Shown: piece by piece, positions 51,824-64,000 of the stretch
Position numbering within the stretch: position 1 is the stretch's first letter
Layout of the letters: each line of letters begins with the position of its first letter
Assembly (NCBI RefSeq): GCF_009914755.1
Contig: NC_060934.1
Reading direction: 5' to 3' (one strand)
Length of the DNA stretch: 64,000 nucleotides
DNA from: the human T2T-CHM13v2.0 reference genome, Homo sapiens
Position numbers and translations under genes: made by a program
Notes under the pieces: model-generated
What the model saw: only the letters and a program-made list of their open reading frames with translations
Databases searched by the model: none
Told to the model about the DNA's origin: nothing

Positions 51824-53839
51824 ATGCTTCTTGCTTTCTTGCTTATAGTAACCATGATGCTGGCTCACAAGATGGCCGAGATGGAAAGAGCCGGGCTTGG
51901 AAACCAGACACCTGGCTGAGCATGCGGACGCTACCCTCTCCCAGCTGCAGGGCCTGAGCCCTTCTCCAGGCTCAGGTTTGCTTACCTGGTGGGCTCACAC
52001 CTGTCCTGCCTGCTTCATGAGGTGAGAACATACCTGTAAAGCACACTTTCTGAAACTGCAAATCCCCTGCGCGTGGTTTATCATCACCATCCCCCCTCCC
52101 GCTGCCTGTTTTGTGGGTGCTGACAAGCAGTGGGAATTTGTGCCTTGTGCAGTTTGGGTCTGGCCTATTCATGAGCCCTTGTGTGGTTTATTTCCCCTGA
52201 CAACTGGGTCAAGCAGTCCCCAGGGAGGCCTTCCTGGGAGCACGTGAATTGGCTGCTGAGGCACCTTCCTCCATCCCTGCGGCAGCCTTCTACCAAATTT
52301 CTTCTTCATGCCTCACGAGTTCAGCTGTAGACAGGGATGCATTTATCTTGCTCATGCCTCTCTTGCTCAAGGCATCTTCTGAACTTGTGAATTTTGAGAC
52401 AAGAATAATAGCTTTACAAAATCATTTTCTAAAACAAATTCTGAACTGCAATTTACTTTACTTAATGAAAAGAAACAGAAAAGCATGGCCTTGCTGCTTG
52501 GCCAGATATTTTCTTTCAACACGTCTCAGCTTGTACCCTTAGCGAGTCCCAGGTCTCTAAGCCGAGAGTTCTTACTTTTCAATAAGCTGACTCTTACGTA
52601 TGTAAAGCCATCCAGCAGGCTTTTGTTATTTCCTTCCAAAATAGGGAGTCCAGACTTGGCATCTCAGTGAATCCCCGCACCGAGTTTAGAAACTGCGCTA
52701 GCCAGTCCCTCCCAACTCCTGACAGCATGTTATGCTGCTGGTTATTTGTGGCCTGGTTAGAATTTTCCAACAGATGCAGTGCCTGACATGTGACATCACA
52801 GTGCAGAGTGTGCCCCGAAACTGTCTGGTTTCTAGAAGCCCGCTGGACCCGTGCCTGTCACTGTGTGGTGTCTGTGAAGGAGAATGGTTTAGGGGCACAT
52901 AGTTGAGGGATGTGACTTCAGTTCTAGCCAGGGAGTGTCTCCTTGGAAATGGGTGCGTGCCCTCTGGTGTGAAGGGGTGATGGGAGGGGGCTCAGCCCTT
53001 GCTGGGTGCCTGGCTCCTGGGGAGTCCCAAGTCTTCACATCTGCTCAGCGGTGCCTCCCGGAAATCCAGAGCCACTCCTTGGGGTGAAGCTTTGCCTTGT
53101 CACCTGACGGTTCAGGTTGGTGCGTCTGGCCTTGTATCCAACAGCTCACTTAAATATCGACTTCCCTTTCTCATGTCTCGGTCTTCATTTTGCGCTGATG
53201 CTCTTGTGTAATTGCCTGTGGCCTGGGTAATTAATTGTTGGTGCTGACTGCGTCCGTTTAGTCCTCATGAGCTTGGGAGACCCCAGTGTTGGGAAGGTCT
53301 CCGAATTGGATTTCCATCCATTTGGCACCATCATTGTTAATTATGGGAGTCGAGGTGAGGCTATTTTGGAAATAAAAACACATTACCCTGACTTCCAGGC
53401 ATACTGGAGCCCATTAAATATCTCTTTCAGCTGTCATGAAGATACATGAAGACAATGGCTTCAGATTCCATCTTGGGATCTACTCAGAGACAGGATTTTG
53501 CCCTTGGAGGCTCCTGCCAAGGGTACACATGAGGGATGCCTGGCACCTCTGCCCTGGAAAACAGAAAAGAGAGGCAGGCCCTGGCGGGCTCGGCATGGCC
53601 ACATCATTGTAGGTAGGGGTTGTGGTGGTGAGAGGCACCTGTGAGATGGACTGTTTGAGGGTCTCTCCCAGGCCCTTCTATGCACAGCGTCTCCCTCTCT
53701 GTGCTCCCTGAGCACACCTGGCTCATGGGTGCTGTAAGCACGGTTTCTGGACTGTGTTGATTTCCCTGCCTGATACCACCTCCTGGAAGGACAGGAATCC
53801 CATTTCGACTTTAAATCCCCCATGTCACGCACGGTACCT

Positions 53840-54330
53840 CCAGTAGACAGGAAAAGGACTCCCCAAATGTTCATGTCCTAATCTCTGAAAACTGACTCTA
53901 TTGCCTTACGTGGTAGAGGGGACTTTGCAGATGCAGTGACATGAAATATCCTGAGAGGGAGAGATCATCTTGAATTACCTGGCTGGGCCAATGTCATCAC
54001 AAGAAGGGTCCTTACAAGATAGAGGCAGACCCAAGGCAGAAGAGGAGACACGGCGCCAGAGCACAGGCTTCTTCCGCCGGCCGGAGGGATGCGCCGTGAG
54101 GTGGAGGGAGGAGTCTCGAGCCAGGGAGTGCAGATGCTCCTGGGATCTGGGGAAGGTCAGGAAACAGACGCTCCCTTAGAGCCTCCAGACGGAACTTAGC
54201 CCTACTCGCGCCATGATCAAGTGTCTGACCTCCAGCGCTGGAAGGGAGAATCTTCAGAAGAGTATCTATTTTCTAAAGCCACTGAGCTTGTGGTAATTGT
54301 TTACAGCTGGAATAGGAAACGGATCCAGCA
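53840..54330 (+). mobile_element. MLT1D-like MaLR LTR
   Basis: ggactttgcagatg; gggccaatgtcatcacaagaagggtcctta; ctcccttagagcctccaga; gtggtaattgtttacagc. Confidence 0.75.
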
Positions 54331-54974
54331 CCTGATCCTCCCAGCATGGGGAAGCGTTTATAGAGAAAGAGAGAGCTGCAGCAGGCAAAGCCCCCGAAAT
54401 GCGGTTTTCATGTGAAATCAATTTCAGAATGAGTGCTGGTCAGCTCTCCCAAGTCTCCTCCTCACCCGACTCCAGTGAAGACCATTGATGGTGTTTTGCT
54501 GCAGGAAGTGGAATATGCATATGCACGGAACAATTCTGGCTAAAAGCAGCCTATGCCTCCCAATTGCAGCACCGCGTAAAATGCCCATTAAACGGAAACC
54601 TACGGGTTCCTTTCATGAAGTTTTCATGATGTGTTTAAAGTAAAAATTGTGAGAATGTCACCCTATCATCTTTTTCAAAGGTGCAGGGAAAAGGTAAGAA
54701 AAAAGGAGGAGTAAAGTGATGTTTCCAACTTTTGAAGGCGTCATTTTTCTGAGCACTCAAATTCTCCATGGAAGACGTAACACACACCTTTGGTCTAAAA
54801 GGATGCTTTGTAGTTTTACGTTCTTTTGTCCTCTGTATTTTATATCTCAGCATGTCCTTTCTTTGTGTTCAGCGTGTTGTCTTTATTTCAATTAACTAGA
54901 TGCCAAATATATCTTCAGAGAGGTTTCCGAGGGGGAGGGACGTATCCTGAGTGAGGGTCCTGGAGAGCCACGAG

Positions 54975-55078
54975 TATTCTGTGACCTGGGTACATCAGTG
55001 CCCTGTCTGCATCTCAGTTTCCTCTACTGTAAAATGATGGGTCGGATGAGATAGTCCCTAGGGACACTTCCCTCTGAA
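54975..55078 (+). mobile_element. MIR remnant
   Basis: tgtgacctggg...ctcagtttcctctactgtaaaatg core. Confidence 0.55.
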
Positions 55079-57029
55079 TTCTGGTACTTCCCCTGCCATC
55101 TTGAGAACGGATTCAGTGGGACTCACCTCAGTGCCATTCAGCTAGAGATTTCCAACCAGAAAGTCTTTAGAGGCGTGCTGACCTTCTGGGATTTATTTTT
55201 TCTTTCAATAAAAAAACCCACTCAAACAAATAAGTTTCTAAACATGTTAATAAGCTACCCAAAGACCACCATTCATCATTCTGATTGAAACCTTTTAAAC
55301 TGCATAATTGTGCTCTGCTTTTCTCGGTTACCATAATGAAGTAGCTTTTGGGGCAACAGTGATTAACTACGGGCTTGATAGAGTATGAGGCATTTGTCTT
55401 TAGGTGTCTGCTTTTTTTGGTTTTACATTTATCTTAACTCTCTATATACCGCGAATTGGATAGGCTGCTAGTGCTGCCGCAGGAATGACAATTATTGCCT
55501 CCTTAATTACATCTAAAATTAGCAAATGATGATGAAGCTCATATTTTCCCTCCAAATGTGCTGAATTTCCCCTCTTCTTTACTTATGCAAAAGCTCATGG
55601 TCGTGCTGCTCTTCATTGATCTGTGCTTTGAAATGAAGTCTGCAACCTTATAAATACCATTTTTTTAAAAGGCTTAAAGTATGACTTCTTTAAAGATTTA
55701 TGAGGTTCTGTAACTAGATTTTGTATAAAGAAAGTACAGATCCTAAATTTGGTGTTTGTAATAAGATCAGAGGGACTGATTCATGGGTTTTTTGTACTTT
55801 ATAGGAAGTCGATAAATACAGTTCTTCAACCCCTGTGAGACTTGGTCCTCCATCAAGTGAAAATGTACATTAAGGGTAAGATTTCTTGTTGAAATGGTTC
55901 AGAAAATGCGTAATTCAATAACCTTAACTGGCAGTCCCTGGGATAACTCACCGTCTCTGATGTGCACAATATGTAACCCCCATTCGAATTCCCAGACTGA
56001 GAATATGGTTTGCAATTACACAGGTCAAAGAAGCGTTCTGAGTCCCTTAATGGTAAGCCATAAAGGGAGAGATATGTAGAAACAATTGCTTATGGTTTGG
56101 GAGGTAGTCAGGGAAAGCACGCTGATCCAAATGAAATAAATAGGTTATGAGATCTAAGAATTATCTGCTCTAGCAAACATGAAGTGGGCGTAACTCACTG
56201 GGTGATAGCACCCCCCATGTGGAGAATAAACCAGTGAGTCAGACAGTAAAAAGGCAGGCAGATGAAGGGCCTGCCAATGTAGGTGGCAATAAAAAGGCTT
56301 TTTTCGCTCTTTGCCATAAAACTGACACTGTGCTTAACAACATGACCTCGGAGCCAGCCTGTCATCCTATGGTTGTTCCCGTCCTGCTCGAGAGGACTTG
56401 TGTTGAGAGCAATGATGAGGGAAAGGCAGAGAGCTGGACTGCAGGTGACACAGGACGTCCTGCTCTTCTGCACCCAGGCGAGACCTGCTGACCTAGGGCC
56501 ACACACACCATGTGCTCTGCAATCCCAAGGCAGCCATCAGCCACGTGGCATCCTCACAATGAGCTATGGTTCCTTCTAAGCAACATTTAGGCATCAGTCC
56601 TAGAGTTAATTTTCTTACACCTGCAGAGGAGCAGGGAGGCACCCTGCACCCGGACTGACTTCATGCTCTTCTCTCAGTATGATCAAAAGCATTGCAGATC
56701 TTTTATGAGCCATTAACATTTTTCATGAAAATCACACAAGTGATTTGAGTTTTTCATAGAATGTAAGAATACAAGAATATATAGATATTTAAAAAATGAA
56801 TACAGATCACCTATATTCCTAGCACCTAAAATCAACCAAGTATCAGTGTTTTGACGGATATTCTTCTACACTTTTTATGTATGTGTGCATGTATGATAGT
56901 GGATTGCACCTTACCTCCTTTCTTTTCAACTAAGCTGCATTTATATATGCTTAAGTACACTAACCTTAAGCATATAGTTTGACACAACTTTACATAGGTG
57001 TACTCCCACATAACCACCACCCACCTCAC

Positions 57030-60000
57030 TTAATGGTGATGTTTTTAAGCGAACAAAGTTCTCAATGTTAATATGTTGAATTTATCAAGTTTTTGCTTCT
57101 GTTAATGCTGTTGTGATAAGAAATATTTTCCTACTCAAGATGATGAAAATACATTTCTATGTTTTCTTTTGGAAACTTTTTTGTTTTACCTTTCACACTT
57201 ATATCTAAAATAAATCTTGAATTAATTCTTGGTTATACCTTGAAGCAGATATAGAAGTTTATGGTGTTTTTTCCCTCCACGTGGATATTGATTTGCTTTA
57301 TTACCATGTATTAAAGAGACTGTCCTATCCCCACTGAATTTAGGTAACTTTTTTCATAAAGCAAATGACTGCATAGGTGTGTCTGTTTTTGGTCTATTTA
57401 TCCATCACTGCAGAAACACCTCATGTCTTGATTACTGTAGCTGTATAGTGTGTCTTAGGTCAGAGGGTTTAAGTCTTCCCACTTCCTGTTCTTCAAAATG
57501 GTCCTGACTCTTCCAGGTCCTTTGCATTTCCATACAAATTTTATAATTGGCTTGTCAGCGTGCACAAAAATTCCTGCTGGGATTATGATTGGAATCGCAT
57601 TAAATCTGGTGATCAATGTGGAAAGGGTTGACATTTTAAAAATAATGGATTTTCTAATCCGCAAACAAGGACCATCTCCCCACTTACTCATGTCTTCTTT
57701 AATTTATTTCAGTAATGTTTCATAGTTTTTCATGAAGAGGTCTTGCATTTGAAAAAAATAAATGTATCCATAAGTATTGAATTTTTTGATGCTATATGAA
57801 TCAGAATTTATTTATTTTTCTAATTTTTGTTGCTATTACATAGAAACAAAGTGGACTTGCTATATTAACCATGTTTCCAGTGACCCTTCTAAATTCATCT
57901 GTTAATTCTAATTTGTTGATTATTTGAATTTTCTATCTATGCAATTGTCCTTTGTGAATCCTGACAGTTGTATTTATTCCTTTCCAATCTTTATGTATTT
58001 ATTTATTTTTGCTTATTGCTCTGGCTCAATATTTCCAGCTCAGCATCTAATAGACATGATGATGATGTGTGATCCTAACCTGCTGGGGGAGTCTGGCTAT
58101 TTTACTACTAGCTGTAGGCGTTTGAAAATAGACTCTTCATTGTATTTTAGAAGAGCTTTTCTAATCCCAGTTTTCTGAGCATTTTAGTCATGAATGGGTA
58201 TTGAATGTTAAGAAATGTTTTCCTTCATCTGTTGAGACAATTCTATGGTCTTACGTTTTACCCTGTTATTGTGAATAAACATTTACTTATATTTAAATTT
58301 AATCCTGCGTTCCTAGAATAAACCCCATTTGGTCATGATATATTATGCTTTCACAGTCCCTAGATTAAAATTGCTAATATTTGGTTTAGGATTTTTGCAT
58401 CTGTGTTCATGAAAGATACTGGACTATGATTTTCTTTTTCTAGCATCTTTGTCATGCTTTAGTACTGAGGTTATGTTTTGTCCGTGGAATTCATTGGGAA
58501 GTAGCCCTCTTTCTTTTCTTCTCTGAAAGTATATTTTCAGATGGGTATTATTTTCAAAGGCTCGGAGAAATTAACCAGTGACTACCTGAGTCTAGAGTTT
58601 TCTTTATGGGAAAGTTTCTCACTATTGACTGAATTTTTAAAAACAGATATACAACGACTTACATTTTCTAATTTTCTTCATGCCAGTTTTTTAAGGTTTT
58701 GTTCTTTAAGAGGTTTTTTTCTTTTCATCTAAGTTTCCAAATTCCTTAGGGTATAAAATGTTTCATAATACCCTCTATTTTCTTTTTAATGTCTGTAGAA
58801 TCTTAGTAATGTCCCTTTTTCCCTGAAGATAGTGGTAATTTCCCCCTTTTTGCTTCATGGTTCTTGCGAGGGGTTTTTCAGCTTTATTACTATTTCAAAA
58901 TAATATAACTTAGCTTTGCCTTGCTATATTGTCTATCTGCTTTTAATTTCACTATCTGCTTTTATCTTTATTATTTATTTTCTTCACTTCAATTTGCTGT
59001 TCTTTTAGATTTGGGGGATGGAAGTTTAGAGAATGGATTTCAATAATTTCTTCCTGTCTTCTTTCAATATATACATTTTGGGCTATCCATCAATATCCGT
59101 CGAAGCACATTTTAGTGTCATGCCACAATTTTTAATATTTATATTTTCATTATTATTCACGCCAAAATATTTTTCCTTGTAATTTACTTAATCTTCCCCC
59201 TTGGGTTATTGTTAAGTTTCCAAACATTTGTGCGCTTTCCTACTATCTCTCTGTTATTTATTTTTATTTTTATTTTTAGTTCACTGTCATTAGAGAATAT
59301 TCTCTGTAAAATTTTAATGTTTTGAATTTGTTGAGGATTGCTTTACAGCCCAGCAGATTGATTTATTTGGGTAAATGTTCCATGTACATCTAAAAAGCAT
59401 GTGTATTTTGTTACAGCTGCGTGCAGAGTTCTGAATATGCCAGTTAGGTCCTATTCATTAATCATGTTCAAATCTTAATTCAAATCTTAATTTTTGTCTA
59501 TTTAATCAATAACAGAAAATGGTGTACTAAAGTCTCCAATTGTGATTGTAGATTTGCTTTTTTATCCTTTTAGTTTTACCAGTTTTTTGTTTCCTGTATT
59601 TTGAAGCTGTGTTTATTAATAATTATGCAGATACATTTAAATTGCTTTGCCTTTACTCCTTCATCAACATGAAATATTCCAAATTTCCTCTAGTAATATA
59701 GAGAGTGTTACAGAATCTGACATTACATGTAAACAATCTGATATTAATAGACTCAAATCAGCTTTTTTTGGTTGGTGTTTGCATGGTGTATATTTTCCGA
59801 TGCTTTTACTTTCACCTAACTCTGTCTTTTATTTAAAGTGCGTCTTATAAAAGGCATGCAACTGGGCTTAAGCTTCTTATCTAGTTTGACAACTTTTGTC
59901 TTTTAATTGAAGTGTTTATTCTATTTATATTTAATGTAGGTACTGATATTGTTGTCGGTTGGGTTTAAGCCTATTATCTTACCATTTGTTTTCAATTTGT

Positions 60001-60590
60001 TCCACCTTTTTCCCTCTTCTTTCCATCTTTGCTTTGGGTTAATCAAGTATTTTTTTATTCCAGTTTGTCTTCTATGGTCTCATTTTTCTTGGTATTGTTT
60101 TAGTGGTTACTTTGGAGATTGTCAAATGCCTCATTCACTCATGACAGCCTACCTCAATACTTCTAACCATTCCCTATTAATATTTGAGTGCTGTGGCAGT
60201 TTTAATTCTATTTACCCTTTTCCCACGATTGGTGCTATTGTTTTCATGTATTTTACTTCTACATATGCTATCAATTCAGACATTGCTGTTAGTGTTGTGT
60301 GAAGCAGGACGTATTCTTGTATATTTACTCACATGTTTACTCTGTGGTGCTCTTTGATGCTTCATGCATTTCCGTACCTGCATCTAGAATCATTTTCTTT
60401 CTGCCATTAGAAACTCCCTTTACTATTTCTTGCAGTGTGGATCTTCTAGCAACAAATACTCTCAGTTTTTATTGGTTTGAAAACATCCTTATTTCACCTT
60501 CATTTCTAAAGGATTTTTCCCTAGTTACAGAATTTTTAGTTGGGATTATTTGTTTCTGTTAGCATTTTACCATTGCATTCCATTGTCTAA
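57030..60590 (-). mobile_element. Old L1 (L1ME/L1M4-like) ORF2 region, degraded
   Basis: T-rich antisense L1. The ORF at 57455-57691(-) retains ORF2-like RFNAIPIIIPAGIF...IIKFVWKCKGP. Confidence 0.85.
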
Positions 60591-60774
60591 AAAATGTTTG
60601 TTCTTATCATCTAAGTTTTCAAATTCCTTGGCATACAATTTTAAAAAACGTCCTTTAGCTTTTAAGATTTGCAGGATTGTAGTAATGTCCCCTTTTCATT
60701 CACGATAGTGGTACTTTTCTCTTCTTTTTTGGCTTTGTTGTTCTTGCTTGGGATCTAGCTGTTAGTCTTGTTAT

Positions 60775-62335
60775 TATCCATTGAAAATTATATATATTTA
60801 AGGCATGCAACGTGGTGTTTTGAGATACATATGCATAATGAAATGATAACTACAGTTAAGCAAATTAACATATCCCTTTCTTCACAGTTACTTTCTTTTG
60901 TGATAAGAGTACCCGAAATCCACTCTCTTAGAAGATTTTCAGGATACAACGAAATACTATGAACTACAGTCCTCTTGCTCTATGTTAGCTCTCTAAACTT
61001 ACTCATCTTACGTAAATGCAAGTCTGGACCCTTCAGTCTACATTCCCCCATTTCCCTGACTCTAGTAATCACCTTTCTACTCTCTGTTGACATGTTTTTG
61101 ACTTTTATGGATTCCACATGTAAGTAAGATCCTGAAGTATTTTTCTCTCTCTGCTTTCACTGAGCAGAATGTCCTCCAGGTTCATCCATGTTGTCACAAA
61201 TGGCAGAGTCTCTTTTTAAAGGCTGAATAATAGTCCACTGTGTGTGTATCTATCTTATCTGTCTATCTATTATCTATCTACCTATATATTATCTATCAAT
61301 TATCCATCTACCTATCTATTGATTATCTGTCTACCTATCTATATCTATCATCTCATGTTTTCCTTATTCATTCATCCACTGACAGACACTTAGGTTGTTT
61401 CCATATCTTGGCTATCATGAGTAATGCTCCAATGAACATGGGAACATATGTAGATATCTCGCTGAGGTGTTGATTTCAATTCCTTTGTGGATATACCCAG
61501 AAGGAGAATTGCTGGATCTTATGGTAGTTCTATTTTTAATTTTCTCAGAAAGTTTCATACCATTTTCCATAAAGGCTGTACGAATTTACATTTCCACCAA
61601 CAGTGTAGAGAGAGTGTAGAGAGTTATCTTTTCTCCATGCCCTTGCCAACACTTATCTCACCTTTTTTTTTATCACAGCCATCCTAACAAATGTGAGGTG
61701 CTATGTCATTGTAGTTTTGATTGCACTTTCCTGATGATTAGTGATGCTAGGCACTTTTTCATGTACTTGCTGGCCATTTGCATATCTTCTTTGGAAAAAT
61801 GTCTATTCAGATCCTTTGTCCATTTTTAAATTGGGCCATTTTTTTTTTTGCTATTGAGTTGTTTGAGTTCCTTATATATTTTAGATATTAATCCCTTATC
61901 AAATACGTGGTTTGCAAATATTTTCTCCCAATCCATGGGCTGCCTTTTAATTTTGTTGATTGCTTTCTTTGTTGTGCAGAAGCTTTTTAATTTAATGTAG
62001 TTCCACCTGTTCATTTTTGTTTTTGTAGCCTGAGCTTTTGATGTGATATTGAAAAAATCATTGCCAATGCCAGTGTTGAAGAGTTTGTCATTGACCTATG
62101 TTTTTAAAGGATTTTTATGGTTTCAGCTCTTGCATTTAGGTATTTTATCCAACTTTTTTCTGTTTTCTCTAGATTGCTTTGGCTAGTCAGGGTCATTTGT
62201 GGTTTCACAGAAATTTTAGATATTGTATTTTTTTATTTTTGTAAAAAAACCATTGGAAATTTGATAAAGATTGTGTTGAATCTGTTTATTGGGTAGTAAG
62301 AACATTTTAACAAGCTTAATTTTTCTAATTCATGT
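60775..62335 (-). mobile_element. Younger L1 (L1MA-like) 3' end inserted into the older L1
   Basis: The ORF at 61826-62014(-) gives ORF2 C-terminal [33 protein letters not shown]...[13 protein letters not shown]; 3'-UTR motifs present. Confidence 0.9.
61247..61352. repeat. Degenerate (TATC)n microsatellite in the L1 3' UTR
   Basis: Direct reading. Confidence 0.9.
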
Positions 62336-62349
62336 TCTTTGGAGGTATA

Positions 62350-63050
62350 AGACTGTTTCCTCTGGCCAATGATAATTTTCTTTTTTTAAAAAAAATCTTT
62401 GGTTTTAAGAAGTTTGACTATAACATAGTTTTCTTTGCATGTGTCTCTCTGGTTCTTGCTTCATTGAGGTTTTGAATCTGCGTGTTATTGGCTTTCATCA
62501 GTTCTATATAATTCTCAGCCATTGTATTTTCAAATATTGTTTCTGCCCCATTATTTCTCTCCTATCTCTTGGGACTCTCATTACATGCATGTTAGACCAT
62601 TTGACATGTGGCAGTATTCCACATGTCTCCAATGCTCTGTTCTCTTTTGATTTTTGTTTTGTTTTGTTTTCCCTCTAAAATTTTTAGTTGACATTTCCAC
62701 GAGTTCCTCAATTTTCTTCTCTGTATGGTCTGTCTTTAAGGCATCCAGTACATTCTAATTTCAAATACCTTATTTTCAGCTCTAGAATATCTATTTGATT
62801 TGTGTCTTTTCATAGATTAAATATTTCTCGGCCTTTTCACTCTTTTGTTGACTTTTAAAATTTTCTTTAACGCATTAATTATAGTTATCTAGAAGTCTTT
62901 GCATGTGAACTCCAATATCTGGACAATCTGTGGATCTGTATATATGTTTTTCTTTTCTGAATTCTAGTTTTTCTTTTCTGAATTGTTGGTTACTTTATTC
63001 TGCCTCTTCATAATTTTTGAGTGTATTCCAGGCATCATAAATAAAAGAAC
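62350..63050 (-). mobile_element. Old L1 fragment, continuation of the host L1
   Basis: ctcagccattgtattttcaaatat; gggactctcattacatgcatgttagacc; ttttcagctctagaat. Confidence 0.65.
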
Positions 63051-64000
63051 CATAGAAGCTGAAGCTGACGTTAATTTCCTCTGGGAAAAATGATCTTTTT
63101 GTTCTTTTTATTTAGTTATTTATTTTCTTCAGGTTGAGCGGCTCATCAGTCAGGAATTGAGCTGAGTTGTTGTTGCAGTAAGACTAACTCCATTCTGCCT
63201 CTTTTCCTTGGGCGTGGTCCTCTTGGGCTATTGTTCTGGAGGCTGACAGGTGTCCATCACCTCAGCTCTGGTGCAATGTAGGGCATTCCCTCTGTCTTCT
63301 GAGGTTTGATCTTGGGTCTTTAGTGAGTAGGATACTGGCTCTGTGTTTTAGCCAGTTCCTCTTTTTCTAGTGGAAATTCGTCTGTCAGTGCTCTGTAACT
63401 GCAGGCTATTTCAGTCTGCCTGGCAAAGGCTTCTGACCCTGGGCTAATATATCAGAAACATTTTCCTTTTAACAAATTTGTGCAAATAAGTTACACCTCT
63501 CTAACATTATTTTTAAAACTGCATGGATTTTAACTAATCTCCTATAGTTGGATCTTTAGGTGGTCTCCTAAACACATTTTAGCCAATCTTACATCCTTGG
63601 GATAACTCCTTAGAGATGCAATAACAAAATTAATACTTTGACATGCTTTTCTCAGACAGTGTTGGGTTAGCTGGCACCATCCTTCTGGAGCCCTTTGCCT
63701 GAATTTACCAGGCAAGGCTTGGGTATTTTTCTTTATAACAAGTTTGCTTCCCTGTCTTGCAAAACCTGTAATGGTTGACACCACTTATGACTGTGAACAA
63801 TGCCTACGTGGGTAAATATTGTGAATGTACTCACTGGTGTTCAACAGTCCTTCCATTTCCACAGAAATTGCTATGGGCACCACACCACAGAGTGGAAGGT
63901 GCATTTCTGTTTCCTGTGGGTTGGCTGGCTGCTTCCATTGCCCACCAAACAATGCTTGAGATAACCTTAAACATTCTTCTTTCTTATGCTTGCTCTCGCC

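Noticed and set aside
61826-62014. ORF with clear protein similarity
   Set aside because: A fragment of L1 ORF2 in a truncated, disrupted element; not a functional gene.

Overview
This is repeat-rich primate (human-like) intergenic or intronic DNA. I cannot support any protein-coding gene, RNA gene or CRISPR array. The listed ORFs are short and mostly run through Alu, L1, LTR or tandem-repeat sequence. The window holds at least eight Alus, several old L1 fragments, MIR/L2 remnants and many MaLR, ERVL, ERV1 and ERVK solo LTRs. At 6.6-13.8 kb the LTRs form a multi-layer nest with readable target-site duplications (TSDs). The most unusual signal is a set of local templated copies: a 108-bp direct copy inside an MLT1 LTR, a direct and an inverted copy of neighbouring 30.5-30.9 kb sequence inside an L1, fold-back hairpins, and an L1-derived 33-bp minisatellite with a higher-order duplication. 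Several repeat-free, motif-dense AT-rich blocks look like candidate enhancers. I see no evidence of a new coding system. Repeat subfamily names come from my recall of consensus sequences, not a database search. Boundaries lacking TSDs are approximate.
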